Origin: Nemertoderma westbladi
Taxonomy: Eukaryota > Animalia > Xenacoelomorpha
DNA length: 64,000 nt
Reading direction: 5' to 3'
Assembly (NCBI GenBank): GCA_032718475.1
Contig: JAUCBJ010000697.1
Span: 45,723-109,722, forward strand
The notes below the pieces were generated by a model, which was not told the origin of the DNA, ran no database searches, and saw only the letters and a list, made by a program, of their open reading frames with translations. This document shows, one piece after another, positions 1 to 10,703 of the stretch (the first letter of the stretch is position 1; each line of letters begins with the position of its first letter). The position numbers and the translations under genes were made by a program.

Positions 1-2
1 TC

Positions 3-1259
3 ATCGACCGGGATTTCCTCGAGCAACTCGGCCTAGAATATGAACCTTGTAAACGGCCCATACAAACCATCACCGATAACAGAGAGGTAGAGTCTGGGGA
101 GGTGCAACTCCAAATGGAAGGAGTAATGAAGGGCTACGAGACGGTCAAGCTAACCATCAAGAACGCCTTGGTACACACAGACCTCCGAGTGCGGTTCCGA
201 CAATCAGCCGAGTACGCCCCCCTCATACAATTGGACCGAGACGATGTAGATCTGAGGTGTCCACAGTTGGACGTAAACCGCATCACCCTACTGATCGGAC
301 TTGATACACCGGAATTACACATACCTACCGGAGATGTCGCCCGATCCATAAAGAAAGATGACGGCTTTTACGCTGAACGAACCATAATGGGATGGACCCT
401 CTGCGGCATCAAGGAAGAAACTACTGACACCTATACATATCTTCCTAAATGTCAGATTAAAGAAAATGTAACATCCGTGGGATATTGCTCAGCTACAGAC
501 CTCGATGAGGATTTATTTCTCGAAACCGAGAGAACCCAGCGGGAGATGACCGGATGCTTTAATGTGGAGACCCGAGAGTTTGCCGAGAAGGACGAGAATC
601 CGTCCGAGGAAGATCAATATTGTACCAACATTTTTGATCAGGCCACGTTCAAAGACGGACATTGGCGCGTGCCCATGCTTTGGTGGCTAATAAGGTTGTT
701 GATGATAATAATGACGTTGATAACATTGACACCATTAACGGGAGAGCACGGACTAATCTGCCGTAATACCCGGATGGCAAACGCCTCAGTTGAGTCCCTC
801 ACTCCTAACCACTTACTGGGGAGACCCAAAACCCACGTTCTCCCGGAAACCATGTTCCTGGATCCCAACGAGATCGCGAAACATACAAACTGGAAAAAGG
901 CCCAAGCGTTGGCAGCGCATTGGTGGAGAATTTGGGCCCAGGAGTACCTCATAACCCTCCGGACCAGGAGGAAATGGAACAACACCTACCGGAACGTCGC
1001 AGTTGGCGACATGGTACTAGTTAAAGAAGATCTCAATGACCGCGTTCACTGGCCTTTGGCGCGGGTCGTGACCATACACCCAAGCAAAGACGGACTTGCG
1101 AGGACTGTGACGATACGAACGAAATCGGGCCACTACCAACGCCCCATCCAAAAGCTGTGCCTTCTTGAAGGCAATGATAGCGGTGACTCTACGAGAGGTG
1201 ATAAGTTCCCTACTCAAGATCCTGCTGCAGACATCGGTGACAATGACAAATGCGTTTAA
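3..1259 (+). CDS. 3' part of internally deleted BEL/Pao gag-pol polyprotein (post-protease region fused to integrase C-terminal DUF5641-like domain)
   Basis: Frame is open from the window edge (IDRDFLEQLGLEY...). LLIGLD and RTIMGW are BEL post-protease motifs. GHWRVPMLW is followed directly by LTPNHLLG...WWRIWAQEYL...WPLARVV...RPIQKLCLLE. No YxDD and no DDE core. Confidence 0.85.
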   Translation: MDRDFLEQLGLEYEPCKRPIQTITDNREVESGEVQLQMEGVMKGYETVKLTIKNALVHTDLRVRFRQSAEYAPLIQLDRDDVDLRCPQLDVNRITLLIGLDTPELHIPTGDVARSIKKDDGFYAERTIMGWTLCGIKEETTDTYTYLPKCQIKENVTSVGYCSATDLDEDLFLETERTQREMTGCFNVETREFAEKDENPSEEDQYCTNIFDQATFKDGHWRVPMLWWLIRLLMIIMTLITLTPLTGEHGLICRNTRMANASVESLTPNHLLGRPKTHVLPETMFLDPNEIAKHTNWKKAQALAAHWWRIWAQEYLITLRTRRKWNNTYRNVAVGDMVLVKEDLNDRVHWPLARVVTIHPSKDGLARTVTIRTKSGHYQRPIQKLCLLEGNDSGDSTRGDKFPTQDPAADIGDNDKCV

Positions 1260-1555
1260 ACCCTTCTCATCATGTTGACAAACTCTTTTTTAACTGTGAT
1301 TTATCGACAACGAATTATGGACCCCCCTTAAACCAACTGTAACCACGCAATGGTATTTGTGTTTCCTCGTGTGTTATGTGGAGTCCAGCATCACCCTGCA
1401 GATGTTTCGACTGACGCAGGGTCGTTTATGTATTGTTTACCCTGATTTTGGTCATCGGGACCAATGATATTGGATTATTGGAAATGGAAAAGATTTGAAG
1501 TGGAATTCATTGTATTCATTGCAGTATGTTATGTTGTCCGTTGCGTGTGCAGTTC

Positions 1556-1955
1556 GGGGCGTAGGCGGTGTAACGAGTCCAGCTGTAGATCCCGGATTGC
1601 CGCGCAACACCCCCTCTATCCCGTTATTCTGGTGGGTCCATGGTGCATCCACATGACTTCGACGATAGAGGGTTTTATGTTTCTCAGTCGCGTTATTCTG
1701 GTGGGACCGTTACGTGGATTTTGGGGCGTAGGCGGTGTAACGAGTCCAGCTGTAGATCCCAGAATGTTGCGTAACCCCATCCCACATGACTTCGTCGACT
1801 GAGCTTTATGTTGTTGGGAGTGTTATTCTGGTGGGTCCATGGTGCATCCACGTGACTTCACTCTCGGCGTCTTCATTGTCCGTTACGTGCGCAGTTTGGG
1901 GCGTAGGCGGTGTAACGAGTCCAGCTGTAGATCCCAGATTGCCGCGTAACACCCC
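1556..1955 (+). repeat. Two interleaved short repeats (3 copies each) with hairpin potential in the pol-accessory ORF spacer
   Basis: GGGGCGTAGGCGGTGTAACGAGTCCAGCTGTAGATCCC at ~1556, ~1722 and ~1898. GTTATTCTGGTGGG at ~1623, ~1692 and ~1822. Confidence 0.85.
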
Positions 1956-2337
1956 TTCCACGACAAAGATTAACCAAAGAAAATGATTGAATATAGTTGG
2001 AAACGATGAAAAGGATCAGACAACTCTACTATAAACCTGAATGATGACGCGTATGCTGATGAAAATGTAATGATGCGCACCCTGGTGCTGCGCTTATAAC
2101 CAATGATGATAGCCGGGGGGCTATAAACCCAATGATGATGTGGAAATAAATAAATGTGAAAAAATGGTGGAAATAAATGTGATGAAATATATGTGGAAAT
2201 AAATGAAATGTGATGGAATAATAATGAAATGAAAAAAGACAAAAAAAAGGTATAAAAAAGTCTAAAGAAAAGAATTGGAAAAAAGAAAGGACAAAAACGT
2301 CATAAAAAAACTGGTTGGATATTAATGTATAGTTATA

Positions 2338-5300
2338 CTACTACTACTACTAGGTCGAGCGAACTCGGACAGTGGAAATGAGATCCTTCCAGGCTTCCCG
2401 ATTCTCCATAGTTGTCGCAATTTCGTTTCTCCCAAGTTCAGTATCCCTTTCAAGTTGATCTATATATGTTATGGCAGGTCGTCCACGACTACGCTTTCCA
2501 TGAGTTGGTTGCCAGAGAAGTAGATCTGGTATGACCTCGTCTTTACTTCGCCAGCAGTGCCCACTGAATCTTAATCTGCGTTCACGGAGGGTGGTTGATA
2601 CAGGTGGTATTGTACCATAAAGCTCGGCGTTTGTCATGTGTTGTCTCCAGCTGATGTTTAGGGCTGCCCTTAGTAGTCTTGTGTAGCAACCATCAATTCG
2701 TTGTTCAAGTGATTTAGTCAGTGTCCAGGTCTCACCCCCGTATAAAAATACACTTTCCACTGTGGCTCGAAAGAACTTAGTCTTCAGGTGCCTGGAGAGA
2801 TCTGATTTCCAGATGGTATCCATTTTTGATAGAGCTACCCAAGCCTTTGCTTTCCTAACTTCTATGTCCTTTTTGCTACTCTCTATCCATGATCCAAGGT
2901 ACTGGAAGTCATCGACCTTCCTTAGTTGATTATTATCAATGGTTGTCAAGTTTCCATCAACATTAAAGGTCATGAATTCGGTCTTGGTAGCATTTATGTG
3001 CAATCCAACCTCCTTAGCAGCCCTCTCCACTTTATTTAGTAGAAGCTGTGCATCTGCTAGCGTATTAGAGAGCAGGGCGATGTCATCCGCAAAGTCGGTG
3101 TCTGTGACTGTAGTTGCCGGATATCTACTACTTCTGCGTTCTTGAAGTGTGAATCCCAGATCTTCACCTGTTGTGGCCGTCCTCATTGCGTAATCCAGCA
3201 CAATTACAAATAGTAATGGTGCTAATGTGTCACCTTGCAGTACGCCAGCCAGGATTGAGAAAAACTCAGTTTCACCATCTGGTGAGAGTACCTGCGCTTC
3301 TGTGTCACAATATAACAATCCAATGCCAGCAACAATTACTTCTGGTATTCCATAAGCTCTTAGGATTTCAAGCATTTTACCTCTATGGATGGAGTCGAAT
3401 GCCTTCTTGAAGTCCACAAAAGTCATGACTGCGGGGAGATTCTTTGACTTAATTCCTTCAATTAGTCTCCGTAGTGCAAGTATCTGAGCTATTGTTGATC
3501 TACTTGGTCGAAATCCGTTTTGGCTCTTACGCAGTAGTTTCTCTATGTGAGGCCTAATCCTATATAGAATCATTTTATTGTATATTTTGGCAGCTACCAC
3601 AAGCAGACAGATCCCACGATAGTTTGTTGGTATGCCGAGGTCTCCTTTCTTGGGGAGAGGCTTTAGTTGACCTTTAGTCCAAATTGGTGGTGGCTTTTCC
3701 CCTTTTAACATCCGGTTGCAAACATTCAATAATGGTCTATTTAGCACTCCGGTTTTCCATACCTCCGCTGGGATTTCATCTAATCCACTCGCTTTATTAT
3801 TGGACATGCTTTTAATGCTTCTTTGGAGTTCGGCAGGTGTGAAGTCCCCTGTTTATATAGGTAGTGTCTTGTCATATATTTTCCTTGTAGGGCTGACCTC
3901 GATGTTTGGTGGCTGCCCAAGCAAGTTGCTGAAGTGATTTTTCCACTTCCCAACACGTTCTTCAGGACTATCGGCTTTGAGGCGCCCCTTTGCACAACTT
4001 TTCCGACCAGATACCTCATTTACAGTTTGCCAGGTAAGTCTTGATTGTTGCTGTATGTGAGCAGTTGTAATTGCTTCAGTTTTATCCTGTATGTACTTTT
4101 CCTGGCTGATATTGTAGGCCAATTTAAGATCGTCCTTAGCTTTCTCAACCTTGTTAATGTTTTCGGTTGTTGGTTGTTCGGTTTTAACTTTGTAGGCTAT
4201 CTTAAGATCTTCTCTCTTACAAGTAACCTCAGAGTTTTGCCATGGTACATACTGTTTTCGTTTAGGTTTCTGGGGGATATGCCTCTTAGCTGATTCCTTG
4301 TGGGCTGTTATTATATTCTGGTATATTGAATCGGTGGATTGGTCTTTATCTATTGACTGAAGTGCTTCAAAGCGGTTTTGAACTTCTACTGTATAAGCAT
4401 CCTTTACAGCATTGTCAGTTCTGAGTTTCTCCCAGTCATAGTTGATCCGCCTGCTTGTCCTGGGTTTGCTGGCTCTCAAACTGAGTCTGATCTCTGCAGT
4501 CACAATTCTGTGGTCCGAACCAATTAGGTTGAACGAGCTGTATGCCTCGCAGTTGATCATGCTATTTCTCCACTTTTTGTTTATAAGGATGTAATCCAGT
4601 TGTGCTTTGGTTCCATTAGGGTATTGAAAGGTCCATAGCTTCCCCTTACTCTTTTCGAATGTGTTGTTTGTTGGTATCAATTCACATTCTTCCATTAGGT
4701 CTAAAAGTAAGTACCCATTTCTGCTAGAACAGGTGTTATAGGTGTAACCCTTGATGTCTTCTGGGCCAATTTGCGCATTCAGGTCACCAGCAATGACTCT
4801 AACATTGTGTTTCGGGATGTCCTTAATAAGTCCAGTCAGTTCTTCATAAAACTTGACTGCTTGTTCTGGCTCTGATGCATTGGTTGGACTGTAGCAACAT
4901 ATAACTGTTGTCTTGGGATTCCCATCAAATGTTGCGATCATAACCCTGGAATTTATAGATTCGATGTTGTTTAGGGTCTTAAGTGCAAATGGGCTTAGCA
5001 GAATTCCTACTCCACCAATTGATGCATTGGCCGAGTTTCTTACTGCTGAGCTTGTTACTAACATCCATCCATTCCCAATGTCATTGTACTTCATGGCAGT
5101 GTCTTCATGACAAATCCGATGTTCTTGGATGCAGATGATGTCGATGTTATATTCCATTGCCAGAGCGACCATGTCACCCTGTTTGCTCTGTGATTTCAGC
5201 GTGCGTGCGTTCATTGTAGCAATATTTAGTGTCTTTTTACATTTCAACAGGTTGGTTCTTCTTTCTTCTCTGTCTTCTGTTCCAGTAGCCAATTTATCGA

Positions 5301-5389
5301 CCCCAGCCTGGTGTACCACTGAGGGACGCGGTCCTTGTTGACCCGGGCGACGACCGAGCCGGTATTTCTCCTGGAGGGTTCTCATACTC
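2338..5389 (-). mobile_element. RTE-clade non-LTR retrotransposon (family RTE-a) inserted in BEL-A
   Basis: Single APE+RT frame, (TAG)n 3' tail, and a 13-bp TSD ATGTATAGTTATA at 2325-2337 and 5390-5402. Confidence 0.93.
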
Positions 5390-5391
5390 AT
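2350..5391 (-). pseudogene. RTE APE endonuclease-reverse transcriptase with one in-frame stop (TAA at 3855-3853)
   Basis: ORFs 3853..5391 (NIATMNARTL, CIQEHR, GDLNA, SDH) and 2350..3807 (QGDTLAP, FADD) are in the same frame, 45 nt apart. Confidence 0.92.
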
Positions 5392-5578
5392 GTATAGTTA
5401 TAGTTATAGTAACTGTAAATGCTGAATGTATTAGCAATAAGATGATAGATGCCTATATAGCAATGTTATTAATAAACTGAATTAAATAAAAAACTGAATT
5501 ATTCTGCTATCGCTATAGTTTCAGACTTTCTGGACTTATAATTAACTGATCTAATTTGTAACGGATATAATCGTAAAT

Positions 5579-8026
5579 ATGGACCCAAATCGCCAAATTA
5601 TCGGCGAATTACGTAACACGATAGATCTACTGGAATATTCGCAACCCGGATCCCCTGACTTTGATACAAATTGGAGCACCCTGCTAAATGAGAACGTGCG
5701 AGTCATTAAATTCACCGGGCGAGAGGGACCGGATTCTAAGAATCTACGAGCCCTCCGGTTAGCCGATGCTAGTACGAGACTGAAAAGAACTCGGAACGCA
5801 AAGGCAACCGGGGGGGACGATTCGTCATTTTGGGAAACATTCCGGCAGAGCGTCTACAGATCCCGATGTTTGATCTACGACAATGAGGGAAACGCGACGC
5901 CCACCTCGAAAGCGATTACGTTGGCGAGATGTCAAAGTTTCGTCGACGACAAGAGTACGTACCTCGCCCACTGGGGAAACCTGTCGGAGTGTACGGCGAC
6001 GCTTCGAGAGGAACGCGTATCGATTATCCAGAACCGAGACGACTACCAGGAAAAGTACGGGGCGAAAGAATACGGTCGATCCTTAGTCATCGTCCTCGGA
6101 ACCCTGGACGGTTTGGTACTGGTGTGCCGAATATTCCCGACACCCAGACAGGAAGTGCAGGCAGCCGGAGCGATCTGGTTGCTGCCTCCGGAAATCCAAA
6201 AGATCCTCTTCGATTTCGACGTCATTAAAATCGGGTCGGATATCAAGGCGGATGTCCGGAACGACTACGCGAACGCTCCTGCAGGAAGAAACCGACGAGA
6301 CGACCTCAACGCCCTTAGCCATTGCATCGACACTCAAACGCTACTAGCCTGGTTACGATTCGCCGAGTTCATGCGAGGATTCCAAGAGGTGAGACCGACG
6401 AAATCCGGGATCGGCTACCTCGCTGTGCTAAACGGCGGTATCGACTTCAAACCCCAGAAATTCCGGGACTATAATAAAATATACGGTGGATACCCGGGAA
6501 TAGAAATAAAGAGCGAGCGAGAGGGTCGATGGAAGGACGTTGATCGGAAGTGGACGATACACCAAAGGTGGGAGAATCCCGATCAACGGAACTACGTTTA
6601 CGTCGTTATGGAGTGCTACACCGTCGCTAAGTTTATCTGTAAAACTCTCGATAACCTTATTACGGCGGTCCCCCTTTCCTTCGTCGACTACGACTGGAAT
6701 GAGGTCATACACCACGCGTTCAAAGCGGTCGAGAACATCGCACCGGGAGAGACTAAAACGCTCGCTGTTATCGATTCCTGGGACGAGAGCGGACCTTACG
6801 ACATCCCTACGATTACCGAACTTCTCAGTGCGGAGGAGCCTCTGATCTCTTCGGAAGGAGAAGAGATATGGCTAAACGAGGGTGTTCTACTCTCCACCCC
6901 GAAGCGACAACTCGAGCCGGAGGCCGCGTATGGACCGGCCGCCAAACGGGTTGCCTCGGCCGAACCGATGAAGAGAGCAGGCGTTTACACCCCACGCGGC
7001 TCCGGTAGCCCCGCGAGGGAGGTAGCTACTACAGCTGCATTGAGCGACTTCGGCGACATATGCCAACGGTTATCCCCGTATCCTTTCCCGGGTGGCGAAG
7101 ATTGGTCGTCGGAGATTCCGAGTACCAGCCACCAACGGACCCGCTCAGCGATACTGGTCGAGGAGGGCCCCAGCGATGCGCCGACCCCCGACGATCTCCT
7201 CGGTATCCCTCCGTCTAAAACCCCGGCACCTCTTCGCCGACCAGCGGTGGCTACTACACCCGCCGTTCCTCAGGACCCTATGCGACTAACCCGTTGGTAC
7301 GCCGAGCAAACTGAATGGATCCACCGCCAGAAACGGTCATCCGAGTTGAGACCAGCGGGATACAAAGAAGGTTATCGGAGCGAGAACCTACTACGCAAAA
7401 GCCTAGCATTCCGCGGGCTACCGACCACCGCGAATATTCCGAAGAGCGACCGACGACTCGAGTATCACGTCGGCGTCCCGATTCCGATATTTCCAGGTCG
7501 AGAGATGCAGTTGGAGGTATGCGGCGACTGTGGTTCGGAGCAGTGCCCATGCGGTAGAAGGAATCGGGTTACCGATTCATGCCTCCAGCTCCTTGTGATA
7601 CTCTATTGCCCATACTGCGCGACATCGGGCCACGACGTTTCCGTCTGTCCGATCCTTTATAACCTCTGCACCACGTGCGGTTTCCGTGGACATTCCTCTA
7701 GCCCCCGCTGCTATATCAAATGTCCAACCAAAGACATTACCGCTATGGGAAATATGGTCATGTTTGAAACATACGCAAACAGCCACTTAAAGACCAAGGT
7801 TCGGAGAAACGCTCGGAATATTGCGCAGGAGATGGCGTGCGGGTATTTCTCCTTCCCGGAACGCCTCCACACGTCGGCCACGCTACCTTTCCATTACGTG
7901 GATCTGCTACTGAGCGCCGGATTATTCGGTCCATTTGAAGTCATTAGACGATTATACTCGTATAAAGAGGAGTTCGGTGACGGAGAATGGTTCCTAGAGG
8001 CACGCAAATCTGAGTTGGAAAGATGA
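5579..8026 (+). CDS. Accessory ORF of BEL-A (815 aa): WRN/EXD-type DnaQ-like 3'-5' exonuclease-like domain, Pro/Ser-rich linker, Cys/His zinc knuckles
   Basis: LPPEIQKILFDFDVIKIGSDIKAD...CIDTQTL...RWENPDQRNYVYVVMECY resembles the WRN_exo/EXD ExoII-ExoIII region (recognised by eye). CPYCATSGHDVSVC is CX2CX4HX4C, followed by CTTCGFRGHSSSPRC. The ORF is intact and lies between pol and the PPT. Confidence 0.75.
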   Translation: MDPNRQIIGELRNTIDLLEYSQPGSPDFDTNWSTLLNENVRVIKFTGREGPDSKNLRALRLADASTRLKRTRNAKATGGDDSSFWETFRQSVYRSRCLIYDNEGNATPTSKAITLARCQSFVDDKSTYLAHWGNLSECTATLREERVSIIQNRDDYQEKYGAKEYGRSLVIVLGTLDGLVLVCRIFPTPRQEVQAAGAIWLLPPEIQKILFDFDVIKIGSDIKADVRNDYANAPAGRNRRDDLNALSHCIDTQTLLAWLRFAEFMRGFQEVRPTKSGIGYLAVLNGGIDFKPQKFRDYNKIYGGYPGIEIKSEREGRWKDVDRKWTIHQRWENPDQRNYVYVVMECYTVAKFICKTLDNLITAVPLSFVDYDWNEVIHHAFKAVENIAPGETKTLAVIDSWDESGPYDIPTITELLSAEEPLISSEGEEIWLNEGVLLSTPKRQLEPEAAYGPAAKRVASAEPMKRAGVYTPRGSGSPAREVATTAALSDFGDICQRLSPYPFPGGEDWSSEIPSTSHQRTRSAILVEEGPSDAPTPDDLLGIPPSKTPAPLRRPAVATTPAVPQDPMRLTRWYAEQTEWIHRQKRSSELRPAGYKEGYRSENLLRKSLAFRGLPTTANIPKSDRRLEYHVGVPIPIFPGREMQLEVCGDCGSEQCPCGRRNRVTDSCLQLLVILYCPYCATSGHDVSVCPILYNLCTTCGFRGHSSSPRCYIKCPTKDITAMGNMVMFETYANSHLKTKVRRNARNIAQEMACGYFSFPERLHTSATLPFHYVDLLLSAGLFGPFEVIRRLYSYKEEFGDGEWFLEARKSELER

Positions 8027-8335
8027 ACCGACATGATCCCTATGCCTTCGAAAGGAAGAGCCGCCAGGAGACAAGCCGAAGCGTTACTCACAATGGATGT
8101 TGACGCTCCTCTACCAGCCATAGCGATCGATGAGAGTCGACGGGCGAAGAGACGAAAGGCGTATCAGAGAAAGAAATAGTGGATCGGGATATTCCAGGAA
8201 CATTTATCGAACATTTATTTTTATACAAACTCTAGGACAAATTAATTAAAAACTATGCAATATTAAATTTGGGTTTTTTATATTGGGAATGACCTACGCA
8301 AACTCAATCTACCGACAGACTTCACGAAGGTCATT

Positions 8336-8343
8336 GGGGGGGA
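8336..8343 (+). other. Polypurine tract of BEL-A
   Basis: GGGGGGGA, 1 nt upstream of TGTTCGCG. Confidence 0.75.
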
Positions 8344-8344
8344 C

Positions 8345-9933
8345 TGTTCGCGGTATTTCAACTTTCCATAACGCGAGTTGAATATTTTTGTATTTTATTA
8401 AAATTGATTATTCCGATATTACTACTGGGTGCGGGACCATGGGTTTTGGGCACATTCAATAAACTGGGGGCGATTTATGGGCGAACTTTGGGGCAACTTA
8501 CAGGGTACGGGAATAATTTCATAGTTATAAGGGCCAGGGGGGGATGGAAAATGCAAGCAGTATTCAGGTTAGCCTGAGTACTATTAGGCCCTGGCCAACT
8601 TCCTGCTGCCTGTAGGGGTGGATTTGGTAATGCGCCAGGCCTAAAGGACAAGGACTGCCCTTAGCGGTCCCTGGCCAACAGCAGCCATTACGAGACTGAA
8701 AAGAACTCGGACCGCTGACTGCTTGTGTCAGGGATTTGCGACGGGAAACGACGGCCCCTTAGTAGCCAAGCCGTTCTGGTTCTCGATGATCGAACCCTTC
8801 GGGGTTCGTGAGGGGTGGAGCGGACACGCGAACGGGTGGCCAACTAACGACTGCCCCCTGAGCTAAGCCGTACTGGTTCTCGATGACCGATCCCTTCGGG
8901 GTTCGTGAGGGGTGGGACGGACATGCGAAAGGGCTGGCCACAGGACGGGTTCGACGAGGACTGCCCTTAGCGGTCTCTGGTCAACGGCAGCTATTACGAG
9001 ACTGAAAAGAACTCGGAACGCTGACTGCTTGTGTCAGGGATTTGCGACGGGAAACGACAGCCCCTTAGTAGCCAAGCCGTTCTGGTTCTCGATGATCGAA
9101 CCCTTCGGGGTTCGTGAGGGGTGGAGCGTACACGCGAACGGGTGGCCGACTAACGACTGCCCCCTGAGCTAAGCCGTACTGGTTCTCGGTGACCGATCCC
9201 TTCGGGGTTCGCGAGGGGTGGGACGGACATGCGAAAGGGCTGGCCACAGGACGGGTTCGACGAGGACTGCCCTTAGCGGTCTCTGGTCAACGGCAGCTAT
9301 TACGAGACTGAAAAGAACTCGGAACGCTGACTGCTTGTACCGGGATCTGCGACGGGAACCGACGACAGACCCCTTAGCCAAGCCGTACTGGTTCTCGATG
9401 ATCGTTCCCTTCGGGGTTCGTGAGGGGTGGAACGGACACGCGATGGGGTCGAAAGACAAAGGACTAGACTCTACTGGCCTACCGACTGTTCGGAGCAGTT
9501 TCTCGGCTGCCGAAGCGACTACGAGCCTGAAAGGGACTCGGAAAGCCTAGGTGGTTGGGTTTCTGCGATGAACCGACGGACCCCTAGCCAAGCCGTTCTG
9601 GTTCTCGATGATCGTTCCCTTCGGGGTTCGTGAGGGGTGGAACGGACACGCGAACGGGTCCACCGACACGACAGACTCCTAGCTAAGCCGTACTGGTTCT
9701 CGATGACCGATCCCTTCGGGGTTCGAGAGGGGCGGTACGGATACGCGACAGAGTCTACCGACTGGACCGACCCTTAGCCAAGCCGTGCTGGTTCTCGATG
9801 ATCGTTCCCTTCGGGGTTCGTGAGGGGTGGAACGGACACGCGACAGGGTCGACCGACACCGACACTACGGCACTAAGACTAGGACCGAGGGAAAATCTGG
9901 GGAACATTAGGTAGGCTAAAATCTGAGCGAACA
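8345..9933 (+). repeat. Probable BEL-A LTR shared by the two tandem copies (3' end uncertain)
   Basis: Starts TGTTCGC after the PPT. The perfect inverted terminus GCGAACA ends at 9933, in a context resembling the B LTR end. There is no second LTR in the window to confirm, and it could extend toward ~10490. Confidence 0.55.
8651..9843 (+). repeat. Array of 8 UUCG-capped hairpin units and 4 GAAA hairpin units, including a 306-bp higher-order duplication
   Basis: Unit AAGCCGT.CTGGTTCTCG.TGA.CG..CCCTTCGGGGTTCG.GAGGGG.GG..CGGA at ~8768, 8865, 9074, 9171, 9380, 9590, 9685 and 9780. Confidence 0.92.
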
Positions 9934-10511
9934 GTGGGTAATTAAATAATATACTGTAGGGATTTATATTGTCGTGTATAATTATTGTGAATATTTGGTT
10001 TATATTGATTTGGGGAAGCCCAAAATTATTCTCAATCAGGGTTCAACAGGGTTCAATATTGTTGACCAGGTTCAACAGAGTTCAGTTACATTAAAGAGTA
10101 TATCCAACTAATGCAGCTTTTTCTCAACCGCAACCCTGCATCTCAGAAATCATTCCTTCTCCAAAATCAATATCCGGTGACTGGCCGGGGCTCAGTGGTC
10201 TGTAAAGTCACGTCTCCAGCATCGGCGTTTTTCCCCCCTGGTGTTGGGATAACGGCAACAAAATTAAGAATAATTAATGCGGTTAATTTTGACAGGGTGT
10301 CAAAATTAAGAATAATTACGGTCAACTTCAACTGGTGGAAGTTGAGAATCCTTCAATACTCTTCAAAAACTCTCTACGTGCTTGCCAGCACCCACTACGA
10401 GGAAACTCTGGTATTTGAGTTGAGACGAAGTCGTGGTTTAATTAATCAACAAACTCGATCTAACCAACTCGTAGTCGGCAGATCACATATTTGGAGAGTT
10501 GTTAACAGGGA

Positions 10512-10703
10512 ATGGAAGTATCGATTACACCCATTGATATAATCCAAGTTGAGCCAGGAATCTGGCACGTCGAAGTTGAAGTACAAGGAACGAACGTCGG
10601 ACGATTCAGGATTACCGTTCGGGTGGTCCAAGCTGAGTACAATACCTACGAGGAACTGTTTTATGACATCGCGTATCTAGCTATCGACGAGGTGTTACAA
10701 TGA
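10512..10703 (+). CDS. 63-aa upstream ORF overlapping gag start (ATGA)
   Basis: ATG at 10512. Its TGA (10701-10703) overlaps the gag ATG (10700-10702). No homology recognised. Confidence 0.4.
   Translation: MEVSITPIDIIQVEPGIWHVEVEVQGTNVGRFRITVRVVQAEYNTYEELFYDIAYLAIDEVLQ

Larger units (their letters stand above)
1..8344 (+). mobile_element. BEL/Pao LTR retrotransposon family A, copy 1, internal region (5' part outside window; RT/RNase H/IN core deleted)
   Basis: Nt 1-148 are near-identical to 13260-13407 (protease region of copy 2). Carries a BEL-type integrase C-terminus and an accessory ORF, with PPT then TG LTR start at 8345. Confidence 0.88.

Noticed and set aside
5579-8026. env gene
   Set aside because: No evident signal peptide or transmembrane anchor. 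It has zinc knuckles and exonuclease-like motifs instead.
8651-9843. CRISPR-like repeat-spacer array
   Set aside because: The inter-repeat segments are duplicated and related rather than unique spacers. There are no cas genes, and the context is a eukaryotic retroelement.
8768-9843. Hammerhead ribozymes (retrozyme-like)
   Set aside because: The core reads TCGATGA rather than CTGANGA, and no correctly placed GAAA follows the hairpin.
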